A stretch of 44,540 bases of DNA from Armatimonadota bacterium (GCA_034722055.1 JAYENL010000077.1:1-44540), one strand, 5' to 3'. Positions 16,192 to 26,069 are shown, counted from the stretch's first letter. Notes: generated from the sequence alone by a model not told the origin. Numbers and translations are program-made.

Positions 16192-17337
16192 ATGCCCGGC
16201 AACGACCCCCTGCTGATGATCCCCGGGCCGACGAACCTGCCCGAGGAGGTGCGGCAGGCCATGGGCGGGCCGGGCTTCTACCACCGGGGGGAGAGGATGG
16301 CCGCGCTGCTGGAGCGCTGCACCGATGGGCTGCGCCGGCTGATGGGCACCGGCGGCGACGTCTTCACACTCACAAGCTCCGGCACCGGCGCTGTGGAGGC
16401 GGCGGTGACCAACTTCCTTTCGGCCGGTGACGAGGCGCTGGCGGTGGGGGGCGGGAAGTTCGGAGAGCGCCTGGGGGAGATCGCCCGGGCCTTCGGCGCC
16501 GAGGTGACCGACCTGCAGGTGGAGCCGGGCTCCCCCGCCGATCCCCAACGGGTTCGCGACGCTCTGGCCGGCGCGCGCTGCCGGGCCGTGCTCTGCGCCT
16601 ACAACGAGACCTCCACCGGCGTGCTGCACCCCATCTCAGAGATCGCCTCCGCCGCGCGCGATGCCGGCGCCCTCATCATCGTGGACACGGTGAGCTGCCT
16701 GGGTGGCACGCCCGTGCTGATGGACGAGTGGGGCCTGGACGTCGTCGCGGCCGGCTCTCAGAAGTGCCTCATGCTGCCGCCGGGGCTGGCCTTCGTGGGC
16801 GTGCGCGACGAGGCCTGGCCGGCGGCGGAACGCTCCACCATGCCGGCCTACTACTTCGACCTCCGCAGGGCCCGCCAGTCCCTGCGCAAGGGGCAGACGC
16901 CCTACACGCCGGCCACCTTGCTGGTGGCAGCGCTGGCCGCCGCCCTGGATCGCATCGAGCGGGAGGGCCTTGAGAACGTCTTTGCGCGCCACGCCTCCAT
17001 GGCGGCGGGCGTGCGCGCCGCCATGGAGGCCGCCGGGCTGAAGCTGCTGGCCGAGCAGGGCTTCCGCTCCCCGACCGTCACCGCCGTGCGCTCGCCCGTG
17101 GACAGCGTGGAGCTGGTGTCGCTGGTGCGCGAGCGTCACGGGGTGCTGATCTCGGGAGGCCAGGGGGCGCTGAAGGGCCGCATCTTCCGCATCGGGCACA
17201 TGGGGATGGTGGACGAGCACATGATCGAGCGCACCCTGCGCGCGGTTGCCGACGGCCTGAACGCCCTCGGCCACGGGTGTGACGCCGACGAGATGATCGC
17301 TGCGGCGCGCGAGGCCGCCGAGGCGGGGGAGAGCTGA
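16192..17337 (+). CDS. Class V PLP aminotransferase (alanine-glyoxylate/serine-pyruvate family); probably the phosphoserine aminotransferase partner of SerA
   Basis: LMIPGPT, TSSGTGAVEAA, NETSTGV, VDTVSCLGG, GSQKCLMLPPGL (PLP lysine), TPYTP and FRIGHMG. It ends 2 nt before serA. Start trimmed from 15790. Confidence 0.9.
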   Translation: MPGNDPLLMIPGPTNLPEEVRQAMGGPGFYHRGERMAALLERCTDGLRRLMGTGGDVFTLTSSGTGAVEAAVTNFLSAGDEALAVGGGKFGERLGEIARAFGAEVTDLQVEPGSPADPQRVRDALAGARCRAVLCAYNETSTGVLHPISEIASAARDAGALIIVDTVSCLGGTPVLMDEWGLDVVAAGSQKCLMLPPGLAFVGVRDEAWPAAERSTMPAYYFDLRRARQSLRKGQTPYTPATLLVAALAAALDRIEREGLENVFARHASMAAGVRAAMEAAGLKLLAEQGFRSPTVTAVRSPVDSVELVSLVRERHGVLISGGQGALKGRIFRIGHMGMVDEHMIERTLRAVADGLNALGHGCDADEMIAAAREAAEAGES

Positions 17338-17339
17338 GC

Positions 17340-18929
17340 ATGCCGACCGTCCTGGTCTGCGATCCCATCGCGGAGGACGGCCTGGCGCTGCTGGAGGGCC
17401 GGGCCGAGGTGGTGGACGCCGCTGGCTTCGACCGGGAGCGGCTGCTCGGCGCGGTCGCGGACGCCGACGCTGTGGTGGTGCGCAGCGCGACGGAGGTTGA
17501 CGGCGAGCTCATCGAGGCCGGCCGGAGGCTGCGGGTCATCGCCCGGGCCGGCGTGGGCGTTGATAACATCGACGTGGACGCCGCCACCCGGCGCGGGATC
17601 GCGGTCGTCAATACGCCGACCGGCAACACCATCGCCGCGGCGGAGCACTCCCTGGGGATGATGCTGGCGCTGGCCCGCCGCATCCCCGCCGCCGCCGCCG
17701 CGCTCAAGCAGGGGCGCTGGGCCAAGAAGCAGGCCACCGGTCGCCAGCTCTACCGCAAGACCCTCGGGATCGTGGGGCTGGGCAAGATCGGCCGGGAGGT
17801 GCTCAGCCGCGCCCGGGCCTTCGAGATGACCATCCTGGCCCATGACCCGTACGTGCCCGATGAGCGCATTCGGGAGCTGGGTGCGGAGCCGGTGGCGCTG
17901 GAGGAGCTGCTGCAGCGCGCCCACGTGGTCAGCCTGCACGCGGCGCTGACCGAGCAGTCCTGGCACCTCATCGGCGCTGAGGAGCTGGCGCTGATGCAGC
18001 CCGGCGCGCTGCTGGTGAACTGCGCCCGCGGGGCGCTGGTGGACGAGGACGCGCTGCTGGCGGCGCTGCGCGAGGGCAGGCTGGCCGGCGCGGCGCTGGA
18101 CGTGTTTGAGAGCGAGCCGGAGCCGAACCGGGAGCTGGTGAGCCTGCCGAACGTGGTCGCCACCCCCCACGTGGCGGCCTCTACGGAGGAGGCCCAGGCG
18201 CTGGTGGCGCGGGAGGCGGTGGAGCAGGTCCTGGAGGTGCTGGCTGGAGGCCGCCCGCGCTGGCCCGTGAACGTTCCGGCGCTCTCGGGCGAGGAGCTGG
18301 ACCGGGTGGGGCCCTTCCTGCCGCTGGCTGAGAGCCTGGGCGTGCTGCAGGCGGCGCTGCTGTCGGGGCCGCCGGAGCGTGCCACGCTGCACGCCCGCGG
18401 CGGCGCTGTGGAGGAGCATCTGGGCATCATCGCCGGCCACTTCCTCGCGGGCCTGGTAGGAGCGATGGCCGACGAGCCGGTCAACTACGTCAACGCGCCC
18501 GTGATCGCCGCCGAGCGGGGCCTGCAGGTTAGCAGTGGCGCGGCCGCGGATGCCCGCGGCTACTCGCGCTTCATGCAGGCCTCCGTGGCCGACCGCCAGG
18601 GAGAGACCACGGCGGCGGGAGCCCTGCTCGACCGCGGGCAGGCGCGCATCGTGGAGATCGCCGGCTTCGGGCTGGACCTGGTTCCCCAGCACACGGTGCT
18701 GCTCGTCTGGAACTCGGAGCCTGACCGTCCGGGGTTCGTGGGGACGCTCGGTGTGATCCTGGGCGATGCGGGTATCAACATACTGGGGATCCAGGTGGCT
18801 CACGAGGTGATCGACGGCGTGGGGCTGATGGCGGTCTCGGTCGCCGAGCCCGTCGGCCACGAGGTGCGGCAGTGGATCGACGGCCTCGGCGGCGTGCAGC
18901 GGCTGGAGATCGTCAGCTTCGACCGCTGA
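17340..18929 (+). CDS. serA: D-3-phosphoglycerate dehydrogenase (long form with ASB and ACT domains)
   Basis: VRSAT, ARAGVGVDNID, NTPTGNTIAAAEH, GIVGLGKIG, NCARG, AALDVF, TPHVAASTEEAQ, VNYVNAP and an ACT-type DRPGFVG...INI segment. Confidence 0.93.
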   Translation: MPTVLVCDPIAEDGLALLEGRAEVVDAAGFDRERLLGAVADADAVVVRSATEVDGELIEAGRRLRVIARAGVGVDNIDVDAATRRGIAVVNTPTGNTIAAAEHSLGMMLALARRIPAAAAALKQGRWAKKQATGRQLYRKTLGIVGLGKIGREVLSRARAFEMTILAHDPYVPDERIRELGAEPVALEELLQRAHVVSLHAALTEQSWHLIGAEELALMQPGALLVNCARGALVDEDALLAALREGRLAGAALDVFESEPEPNRELVSLPNVVATPHVAASTEEAQALVAREAVEQVLEVLAGGRPRWPVNVPALSGEELDRVGPFLPLAESLGVLQAALLSGPPERATLHARGGAVEEHLGIIAGHFLAGLVGAMADEPVNYVNAPVIAAERGLQVSSGAAADARGYSRFMQASVADRQGETTAAGALLDRGQARIVEIAGFGLDLVPQHTVLLVWNSEPDRPGFVGTLGVILGDAGINILGIQVAHEVIDGVGLMAVSVAEPVGHEVRQWIDGLGGVQRLEIVSFDR

Positions 18930-19017
18930 CCGGCTGCACGCAATGCCGCCGGCCCGCACGCCAATCTGTGACCCAGTGGTTTTGCCGTTTGCTCGTCGCT
19001 CGTAGCTGCTCACACCC

Positions 19018-19782
19018 ATGCGAATACTTATCACCAATGACGACGGAATCCACGCCCCCGGCCTGCTGGAGCTGGCCCGGGCGCTGGCGCCCCTGGGCGA
19101 GATCATGGTCATCGCCCCGGAGCGCCAGCAGTCCGCGGCCGGCCACGGCATCACCCTCCACAAGCCGCTGCGGATGACGCCGGTAACCCTGGAGGCGCCG
19201 GTGACAGAGGCCTTCGCCACCAACGGGACGCCCGCCGACTGCACGATCCTGGCGACCGCCGATGATCGCCCCGTCCCCGACCTGGTGGTGGCCGGGATCA
19301 ACGCCGGCGCCAACCTCGGCGAGGAGGTGCTCTACTCGGGGACGGTCTCAGCGGCCATGGAGGCGGCACTCCAGGGCATCAGGGCCTTCGCCATCTCGGT
19401 GACCGCCTATGAGAACTGCATCTTCGGCCCGGCCGCCGACCTCGCCACCCGGCTGGCGTCCCGCGTGGGCGATGCCGACCTGCCGCCGGACATCTTCCTG
19501 AACGTGAACGTGCCCAGCCTCCCCGCCGAGGAGCTCGGGCCGGTGGTGCTCACGCGGCTGGGCCGCCGCCGGTACATCAACGAGCTGGAGCGCCGGGAGG
19601 ACCCCCGCGGGCGCAGCTACTACTGGTTCTCCGGCGAGCCGCTGGAGCACGATTCAGATGAGGGCACCGACATCGGCGCCGTGCGGGCGGGAAACGTCTC
19701 GGTGACGCCCCTGCACTTCGACATGAACTTCCGCGGCGCGCGCAGACAGCTCGAGGACATCCTGCAGAGCCTGGGGGAGTGA
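19018..19782 (+). CDS. surE: 5'/3'-nucleotidase SurE
   Basis: MRILITNDDGIHAPG, NGTPADC, GINAGANLG and YSGTVSAAMEA. Confidence 0.96.
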   Translation: MRILITNDDGIHAPGLLELARALAPLGEIMVIAPERQQSAAGHGITLHKPLRMTPVTLEAPVTEAFATNGTPADCTILATADDRPVPDLVVAGINAGANLGEEVLYSGTVSAAMEAALQGIRAFAISVTAYENCIFGPAADLATRLASRVGDADLPPDIFLNVNVPSLPAEELGPVVLTRLGRRRYINELERREDPRGRSYYWFSGEPLEHDSDEGTDIGAVRAGNVSVTPLHFDMNFRGARRQLEDILQSLGE

Positions 19783-19785
19783 GCC

Positions 19786-20712
19786 ATGGCCGCCGACTGG
19801 CCGGCCTACCTGTCGCTGCACGAGACCGGCGAGCTTCAGCGCCGGGCGGAGACGGCCCGGGAGCTGCTGAGCGAGTGCACCATCTGCCCACGGGAGTGCC
19901 ACGTCGATCGCCGTCGTGACGCCGAGGGCTACTGCGGCGTCCGGGCGCGAGCCCTGGTCTCATCCGCCGCCCCGCACTTCGGTGAGGAGCGGCCACTGGT
20001 GGGCTCGGGCGGCTCGGGGACCATCTTCTTCGCCGGCTGCAGCCTGGGCTGCATCTTCTGCCAGAACTACGAGATCAGCCACGAGCGGCGGGGCCAGGAG
20101 GTGTCCTCCGACGAGCTTGCGAATATCATGGTGGGGCTCCAGGGGCGGGGGTGCCACAACATCAACTTCGTCACACCCACACACGTGGTGCCGCAGATCC
20201 TGGATGCGTTGGGGCCGGCGATCGATCAGGGGCTGAATCTCCCGCTGGTCTACAACTGCGGCGGGTATGAATCGGTTAGCACGCTGCGGCTGCTCGATGG
20301 GGTCGTGGATATCTACATGCCGGACGCCAAGTACGCGGACTCGGAGGTCGCCGATCGCTTCTCGGGCGCGCCGGACTACCCGGACGTGATGCGGGCGGCG
20401 CTGACCGAAATGCACCGGCAGGTGGGGGACCTGCAGATCGACGACAGTGGACTGGCGCGGCGGGGGCTGCTGGTGCGCCACCTGGTGCTGCCGGAGGGGC
20501 TGGCCGGGACCGAGGAGATCACGCAGTTCCTGGCCTCGCTCAGCGAGGACACCTACGTGAACGTGATGGCCCAGTACCGGCCATGCTATCGCGCCGGCGA
20601 GTTCCAGGAGCTGTCGCGGCACATCACGCGGGGGGAGTACCGAGAGGCCGTGCGAGCCGCCTACGACGCCGGCCTGCACCGGCTGGACGAGAGGCCACTG
20701 CGCTTCCTGTAG
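19786..20712 (+). CDS. Radical SAM protein, PflX-like (PFL-activating-enzyme-like)
   Basis: CTICPRECHV, PHFGEE, GSGTIFFAGCSLGCIFCQNYEIS (CxxxCxxC), GCHNINFVTPTH, DIYMPDAKY, GLLVRHLVLP and NVMAQYRP. Confidence 0.9.
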   Translation: MAADWPAYLSLHETGELQRRAETARELLSECTICPRECHVDRRRDAEGYCGVRARALVSSAAPHFGEERPLVGSGGSGTIFFAGCSLGCIFCQNYEISHERRGQEVSSDELANIMVGLQGRGCHNINFVTPTHVVPQILDALGPAIDQGLNLPLVYNCGGYESVSTLRLLDGVVDIYMPDAKYADSEVADRFSGAPDYPDVMRAALTEMHRQVGDLQIDDSGLARRGLLVRHLVLPEGLAGTEEITQFLASLSEDTYVNVMAQYRPCYRAGEFQELSRHITRGEYREAVRAAYDAGLHRLDERPLRFL

Positions 20713-20769
20713 CGCCGGATGCATCATTCTGCACCGAGCTGGTCAGTCGGGCGAGGAGGAGGCAGCATC

Positions 20770-21447
20770 ATGCCCGGTATTGGCGATCAGGTGAAGTCGG
20801 TGAACCGACGCGTGTCGCGCTGGGCGAGGCGCACCGGGACTCTGGTGAGCCAGTGGTGGGAGGAGGTCAGCGCCATCCAGGAGCGCCGCAGCGAGATCCG
20901 CGAGCTGGCGCGCGAGCGCCGCAGGCTCCTGGTGGAGATGGGCACGAAGGTCTACTCGCTGCACCGCAAGGGGAAGGTCCAGAACCGTGACCTGCGGGGC
21001 GACTGCGAGCGCATCGACGACATCGGCGAGAGCATCGACCGGTTGGAGCAGGAGATCGCCGAGCTCAAGCGGACCGCGGCCGCCAGGCCGCCCAAGACCA
21101 TCGAGGTCGAGGATGAGTCCCCGGTGGTCGGCGAGGAGGACATCGAGGAGCCCGCCGCCGAGGAGCCTGAGCCGGAGGCTGCCGAGGAGGGCGCTGAGCC
21201 GTGCGCAGAGCCGGAGGCGCCAGGTGAGGGCGAGGCGGAAGAGGAGCAGGAGACCGAGGCGCCGGCTGAGGGCGCCGACGAGGGCGGGGGCGACCCATCC
21301 GGTGAGTTCTTCGCGCCCCCCGCCGGCACCGCCGACCTCGAGGGGGCTGGCGACATGCCGCAGCAGCCCTACACCGCCCCTGATGATGCGGAGGATCAGG
21401 ACGCTCACGAGGGCCATGAGGGCGGGGCGCCGGGCGGCGACGAGTAG
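20770..21447 (+). CDS. Hypothetical protein: N-terminal coiled coil plus acidic disordered tail
   Basis: Strong GAGGAGGAGG RBS before ATG 20770; helical heptad-like N-terminal half and an E/P/A/G-rich C-terminal half. Confidence 0.75.
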   Translation: MPGIGDQVKSVNRRVSRWARRTGTLVSQWWEEVSAIQERRSEIRELARERRRLLVEMGTKVYSLHRKGKVQNRDLRGDCERIDDIGESIDRLEQEIAELKRTAAARPPKTIEVEDESPVVGEEDIEEPAAEEPEPEAAEEGAEPCAEPEAPGEGEAEEEQETEAPAEGADEGGGDPSGEFFAPPAGTADLEGAGDMPQQPYTAPDDAEDQDAHEGHEGGAPGGDE

Positions 21448-21533
21448 GCCCCGAGGACGCCAGCAGATGCCGGCGCGGGGCGGCCGAGGCCGGCCGTCCC
21501 GGCAGCATGCATTACTCTGACGGGGAGCAGACC

Positions 21534-23189
21534 ATGACCAAGTACTGCTTTGTCACCGGTGGCGTGGTATCGGGGATCGGCAAGGGTATCTCATGCGCCT
21601 CCCTGGGGCGGCTCCTGAAGGCCCGGGGCTTCAGGATCACGATCCTCAAGATCGATCCCTACATCAACGTCGATGCCGGGCTCATGAACCCCTTCCAGCA
21701 CGGGGAGGTCTTCGTCACCGACGATGGCGCGGAGACCGACCTGGACCTGGGGCACTACGAGCGCTTCGTCGATGAGCCGCTGTCCCAGCTCTCGAACGTC
21801 ACCACCGGCCAGATCTACGGCTCGGTCATCGCAAAGGAGCGGGATGGCGACTACTACCTGGGGCAGACCGTCCAGGTCATCCCGCACATCACCGACGAGA
21901 TCAAGTCCAGCATCCGCAAGTGTGCCCACGCCTACGACGCTGATGTCCTCATCACCGAGATCGGCGGCACCGTCGGCGACATCGAGGGCCAGCCCTTCTA
22001 CGAGGCCATCCGCCAGATGCGCATCGAGGAGGGCCGGGACAACGTCTGCTACGTCCACGTCACCCTGGTGCCCTATCTGCCCACCGTCGGCGAGCTGAAG
22101 ACCAAGCCCAGCCAGCACTCCGTGCGGGAGCTGCGCAGCATCGGCCTGCAGCCGGACCTGCTGATCGTGCGCACGCCCATGCCGCTGACCAGGGAGGTCC
22201 GCCGCAAGCTCTCCCTGTTCTGCGACGTGCCGGACGAGGCGGTCATTGAGGCCGTGGATGTGGAGGAGTCGCTGTATCATATCCCCCTGGCGCTGGAGGA
22301 GCAGAACATCGCCGACCTGGTCTGCAAGGCCCTGGAGATGCCGCGCCGCACCCCCGACCTTGACGAGTGGCGCCGGATCTGCGACACCTGCGCGGAGCCC
22401 GACCGCGAGGTCACCATCGCCATGGTTGGCAAGTACATGGACCTGCAGGACGCCTACCTGTCGGTGACAGAGGCTCTCATGCACGGCGGCATCGCCAACA
22501 GCGCGCGCGTGAACATCCAGTACGTGGACTCCGAGGAGATCGAGCGCAACGGCGCTGACGCGTTCCTCAGCGACATGCACGGCGTGCTGGTGCCGGGCGG
22601 CTTCGGCGACCGCGGCATTGAGGGCAAGATCGAGGCCATCGGCTACGCCCGCGAGAAGGGCATCCCCTACCTGGGCCTGTGCCTGGGGCTGCAGACGGCG
22701 GTGATCGAGTTCGCGCGCAACGTCTGCGGCCTGGAGGACGCCAACTCCCGCGAGTTCAAGGAGGACGCCGAGCACCCCGTCATCATCTACATGAAGGAGC
22801 AGGAGTACGTCACCGAGCTCGGGGGCACCATGCGCCTGGGGGCTTACCCCTGCGTCCTCAAGCCCGGCTCCCTGGCCGCGAGGCTCTACGAGGCTGAGGA
22901 GATCTCCGAGCGCCACCGCCACCGGCTGGAGGTCAGCAACCAGTATCGCGAGACGCTCGCCGAGCACGGCCTGGTGTTCTCGGGCACCTCGCCGGAGGGC
23001 GACCTGGTGGAGATGATCGAGCTGCCCGACCACCCCTTCTTCATCGCCACGCAGTTCCACCCGGAGTTCAAGTCCCGCCCCAACCGCGCCCACCCGCTCT
23101 TCCGCGGCTTCGTGGAGGCGGCGCTGATCCACGCCGGCCAGCTCGCCGAGCCCCAGCCCCAACCCGCCGAAGCCGAGGCGGAGGCGTAA
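21534..23189 (+). CDS. pyrG: CTP synthase
   Basis: [78 protein letters not shown] and QFHPEF. GGGGAG RBS before ATG 21534. Confidence 0.98.
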   Translation: MTKYCFVTGGVVSGIGKGISCASLGRLLKARGFRITILKIDPYINVDAGLMNPFQHGEVFVTDDGAETDLDLGHYERFVDEPLSQLSNVTTGQIYGSVIAKERDGDYYLGQTVQVIPHITDEIKSSIRKCAHAYDADVLITEIGGTVGDIEGQPFYEAIRQMRIEEGRDNVCYVHVTLVPYLPTVGELKTKPSQHSVRELRSIGLQPDLLIVRTPMPLTREVRRKLSLFCDVPDEAVIEAVDVEESLYHIPLALEEQNIADLVCKALEMPRRTPDLDEWRRICDTCAEPDREVTIAMVGKYMDLQDAYLSVTEALMHGGIANSARVNIQYVDSEEIERNGADAFLSDMHGVLVPGGFGDRGIEGKIEAIGYAREKGIPYLGLCLGLQTAVIEFARNVCGLEDANSREFKEDAEHPVIIYMKEQEYVTELGGTMRLGAYPCVLKPGSLAARLYEAEEISERHRHRLEVSNQYRETLAEHGLVFSGTSPEGDLVEMIELPDHPFFIATQFHPEFKSRPNRAHPLFRGFVEAALIHAGQLAEPQPQPAEAEAEA

Positions 23190-23225
23190 GACGTCGCCAC
23201 CAATTGGCGCTGTAGGAGGGAAGCT

Positions 23226-24473
23226 ATGTCTGAGGCCACCAGAGCTGCGTGGAGGCGGGCGTTCAACAATCTCGAACTCCCGCTTGACCGTCCCGAGCGA
23301 TTTGACGATTGGCATGTTGCGCGCGACTTGCAGGAAGTTGACAAGCTCATCGAGACCTTCCGGATGAGCGACGAGTGCGTAAGAGCACTCTACACAGGCC
23401 ACAATCGCAGTAGGAAGTCTACGGAACTCTTTCGGGTCATGAGGCAGCTGGATGGGGATTTCACGCCGGTTTACTTCTCGGCCGATGATGCCCTTGACCG
23501 GATGGACCTGTCTCACCTCGATGTTCTTCTCGGCATGTGCGAAGCTTTGCTGGCTCGAGCAACTCAGATAGGAGTGGAACTCGATCCTACTGTCGGAGAG
23601 AGCCTGAATGCCTGGGCTGCTGAGCTGCATGACGACGTCGAACAGATCAGTGCCGAGTCACATACCGATGTTCTTCAGGCAACCGCTGGCGTGCGTGCCT
23701 ACATATTCGACCTCTTCGCGAGACTCAGGACAGAAGGCCAGACGCGCAGGGAGATCCGCCGGAGGCTTGAGCCTGAGGGCGGACAGATCCTGGAGGTGCT
23801 CGAACTCATAGCTGCTGGCTTCCAGAACAGCGACGTGCCCAAGCCTCTGCTCATCGTGGACGACCTTGAGAAGTGCGACCTCGATACAGCCGAAGGCCTG
23901 TTCATCAACCATGCCCCGGAACTCAGTGAGGCGCCCTGTGATGTGATCTATACCGTGCCGATTACACTGCGGGCGAGTCACCGATTCGCCGTTGTTCGCG
24001 GCCGCTACGGCGACGATTTCCTCCTGCCTATGATCTCCGTCCATGATCGGGAGGGGAGTCCTGCTTCGGACCGCGAAGTAATTGCTACCATCATCAGCCG
24101 ACGGATTGAGCAGGGACTGCTCCCGAAAGAAGTGATCGATTCCATTGTGCTTAACAGCGGCGGCATAATCGGGGACGCATTGCGCATGGCCCGGAACGTG
24201 TGCCGTACAGCCTCGATGCAACAGGCGGAGGCCGCGACGCCTTCGATGGCGGAAAACGAGTTCCGCGAACTGGTGAAGGCTTTCGCCATGTCGCTCGATG
24301 AAGACGACTATGGGAGGCTGCGTGAGGTCGCCACCGCACGCCACTCGCCGATCGATGAGGATCACCGGCGCCTCATGCATGCACTCGCGATTCTGCGATA
24401 TGAGGACGATCCGTATTGGTACGACGTACACCCGGCGGTCCGCAGGCTGCTGGAGGCGAGAGGACTGGTGTAG
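23226..24473 (+). CDS. P-loop NTPase-fold protein (AAA/STAND-like) with degenerate Walker A
   Basis: ALYTGHNRSRKSTEL at the Walker A position, LLIVDDLEK (Walker B), VIYTVP, SGGIIGDALRM and a C-terminal WYDVHPAV. AGGAGG RBS and atypical codon usage. Confidence 0.75.
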   Translation: MSEATRAAWRRAFNNLELPLDRPERFDDWHVARDLQEVDKLIETFRMSDECVRALYTGHNRSRKSTELFRVMRQLDGDFTPVYFSADDALDRMDLSHLDVLLGMCEALLARATQIGVELDPTVGESLNAWAAELHDDVEQISAESHTDVLQATAGVRAYIFDLFARLRTEGQTRREIRRRLEPEGGQILEVLELIAAGFQNSDVPKPLLIVDDLEKCDLDTAEGLFINHAPELSEAPCDVIYTVPITLRASHRFAVVRGRYGDDFLLPMISVHDREGSPASDREVIATIISRRIEQGLLPKEVIDSIVLNSGGIIGDALRMARNVCRTASMQQAEAATPSMAENEFRELVKAFAMSLDEDDYGRLREVATARHSPIDEDHRRLMHALAILRYEDDPYWYDVHPAVRRLLEARGLV

Positions 24474-24488
24474 GCAGGTGACACCGGC

Positions 24489-26069
24489 ATGGCCGTGGAG
24501 ATCGAGCAAAGGGAGTTCGACCGTCTCGTCGCGGGTATCGAGCTGACCGATGAGGCGCGGTACATCGCGATCGTGACCTGCAACAGCCCGCCCGGCCGCT
24601 GGGAGCTTATTGGGCGCCTGCAGGAGGCGCTGGAGGAGAAGAACATCGGCCTGGACGTCGTCCAGTTGACCGACCCCCACACGGGCCTGGCCAGCACTAT
24701 CGATGGGCACATACAGCAGCCCGGCTTCCAGTCCCTGGAGGAGAGATACTCGTCTGTCGCCATTGCCGTCAACTGGCACGACAGCGTCATCCCCACGGAC
24801 GAGCTCGAGGACGACAGGCGCACTCCCTCGGCGCTGCAGAAGTTGAACCTCGGTCGCGAGTACTTCATCGAGTTCGGGCATCCGCTGATCCTGCTCGTGC
24901 CAGAGTACGTTCACAAACGTATCGTCCGGCAGGCCCCGGACTTCTACCGGATCCGCACTGACACGGTGGACTTCCAGACCGCGCTCGAGGTCGCGGAGAC
25001 GACTGCGCAGGAGCTGATGAGCGCGGCGGAGTGGCAGGTTCAGTCAGCCGACGAGGCCCGCGCGCGGATTGACCGATATGCCGAGACGCTTGAACGGCTG
25101 GCAGGCCGCGAGGACGGCCGGTCTCGCGAGCTGCGGGCCCGCCTGCTGAACAGACTGGGCGAGGCGGAGTGGCGTCTTGGCCGGCATTCGTCAGCAATGA
25201 GCAGTTACCAGCACGCTCTTGCGATCTTCGGCGACCTTGGCGACCGGCATGGTCAGGCCGAGGCACTTAACGGCATGGGAGATGTACTCCGCCAACAAGG
25301 TGAGTATCGAGAGGCACACGAGCTCTACGCTGAGAGCCTCAACATTAGCCGCGACCTCGGAGACCGACATGCCGAGGGAGAGATCCTGAGCAACATGGCC
25401 ATCGCCTATCGTCGGCAAGGCCACTACGACAGAGCACTAAGGCTATACGAGGCCAGCTTGGACATCAGACGCGAGACTCGCGATCGTCGTGGTGAGGCCC
25501 GCGTGCTGAACAATATGGCACTCGTACACGGCCTGCAAGGGCGGCACGAGTTGGCATTGGACCTTTACGAAGAGAGCCTATCCATCAAGAGAGAGATTGG
25601 CGATCGGCGTGCCGAAGGGGGCACCTTGATGGGCATGGCGAGTGTCCACGAGAGGAAGGGCCGCTATGACGAGGCGCTTGCTCTCTACGCACAGAGCCTC
25701 CGAATCCTCTCAGACTTGGGTGACCGGTACCAACAAGCCGAAGCGCTAATGGGTATGGCGAAGGTCCATGGAGCCCAAGGTCATAATGAACGCGCACTAG
25801 CGTTGTGTGGGCAGAGCCTAGAGCTCAAGCGCGAGGTCGGTGACCGGCATGGTGAAGGACGGGTCCTCATAGACGCGGGTGTGGTCGCAAAGCATATGGG
25901 TACTGACGAGACCGCCCGCGCGTATTGGCAACAGGCTCTGTCCGTGCTAGAGGGCCTTGGCGTGCCGGAGGAGCAGCGGGTGCGGGAGTTGCTGGCGCGG
26001 CTGGATGCCGAGGGCGGCGGGTTCCCCGACCAGGAGTCTGCCGGGGACGACGAGACCGGCGAGATGTGA
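24489..26069 (+). CDS. Tetratricopeptide repeat protein with an uncharacterised N-terminal alpha/beta domain and ~7 x 40-aa TPR units
   Basis: GDR(H/R/Y)xxA/GxxLxxM repeats at 40-aa spacing; N-terminal LNLGREYF...PLILLVPEY...APDFYRIRTDTVDF. Starts 15 nt after the NTPase gene. Confidence 0.88.
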   Translation: MAVEIEQREFDRLVAGIELTDEARYIAIVTCNSPPGRWELIGRLQEALEEKNIGLDVVQLTDPHTGLASTIDGHIQQPGFQSLEERYSSVAIAVNWHDSVIPTDELEDDRRTPSALQKLNLGREYFIEFGHPLILLVPEYVHKRIVRQAPDFYRIRTDTVDFQTALEVAETTAQELMSAAEWQVQSADEARARIDRYAETLERLAGREDGRSRELRARLLNRLGEAEWRLGRHSSAMSSYQHALAIFGDLGDRHGQAEALNGMGDVLRQQGEYREAHELYAESLNISRDLGDRHAEGEILSNMAIAYRRQGHYDRALRLYEASLDIRRETRDRRGEARVLNNMALVHGLQGRHELALDLYEESLSIKREIGDRRAEGGTLMGMASVHERKGRYDEALALYAQSLRILSDLGDRYQQAEALMGMAKVHGAQGHNERALALCGQSLELKREVGDRHGEGRVLIDAGVVAKHMGTDETARAYWQQALSVLEGLGVPEEQRVRELLARLDAEGGGFPDQESAGDDETGEM

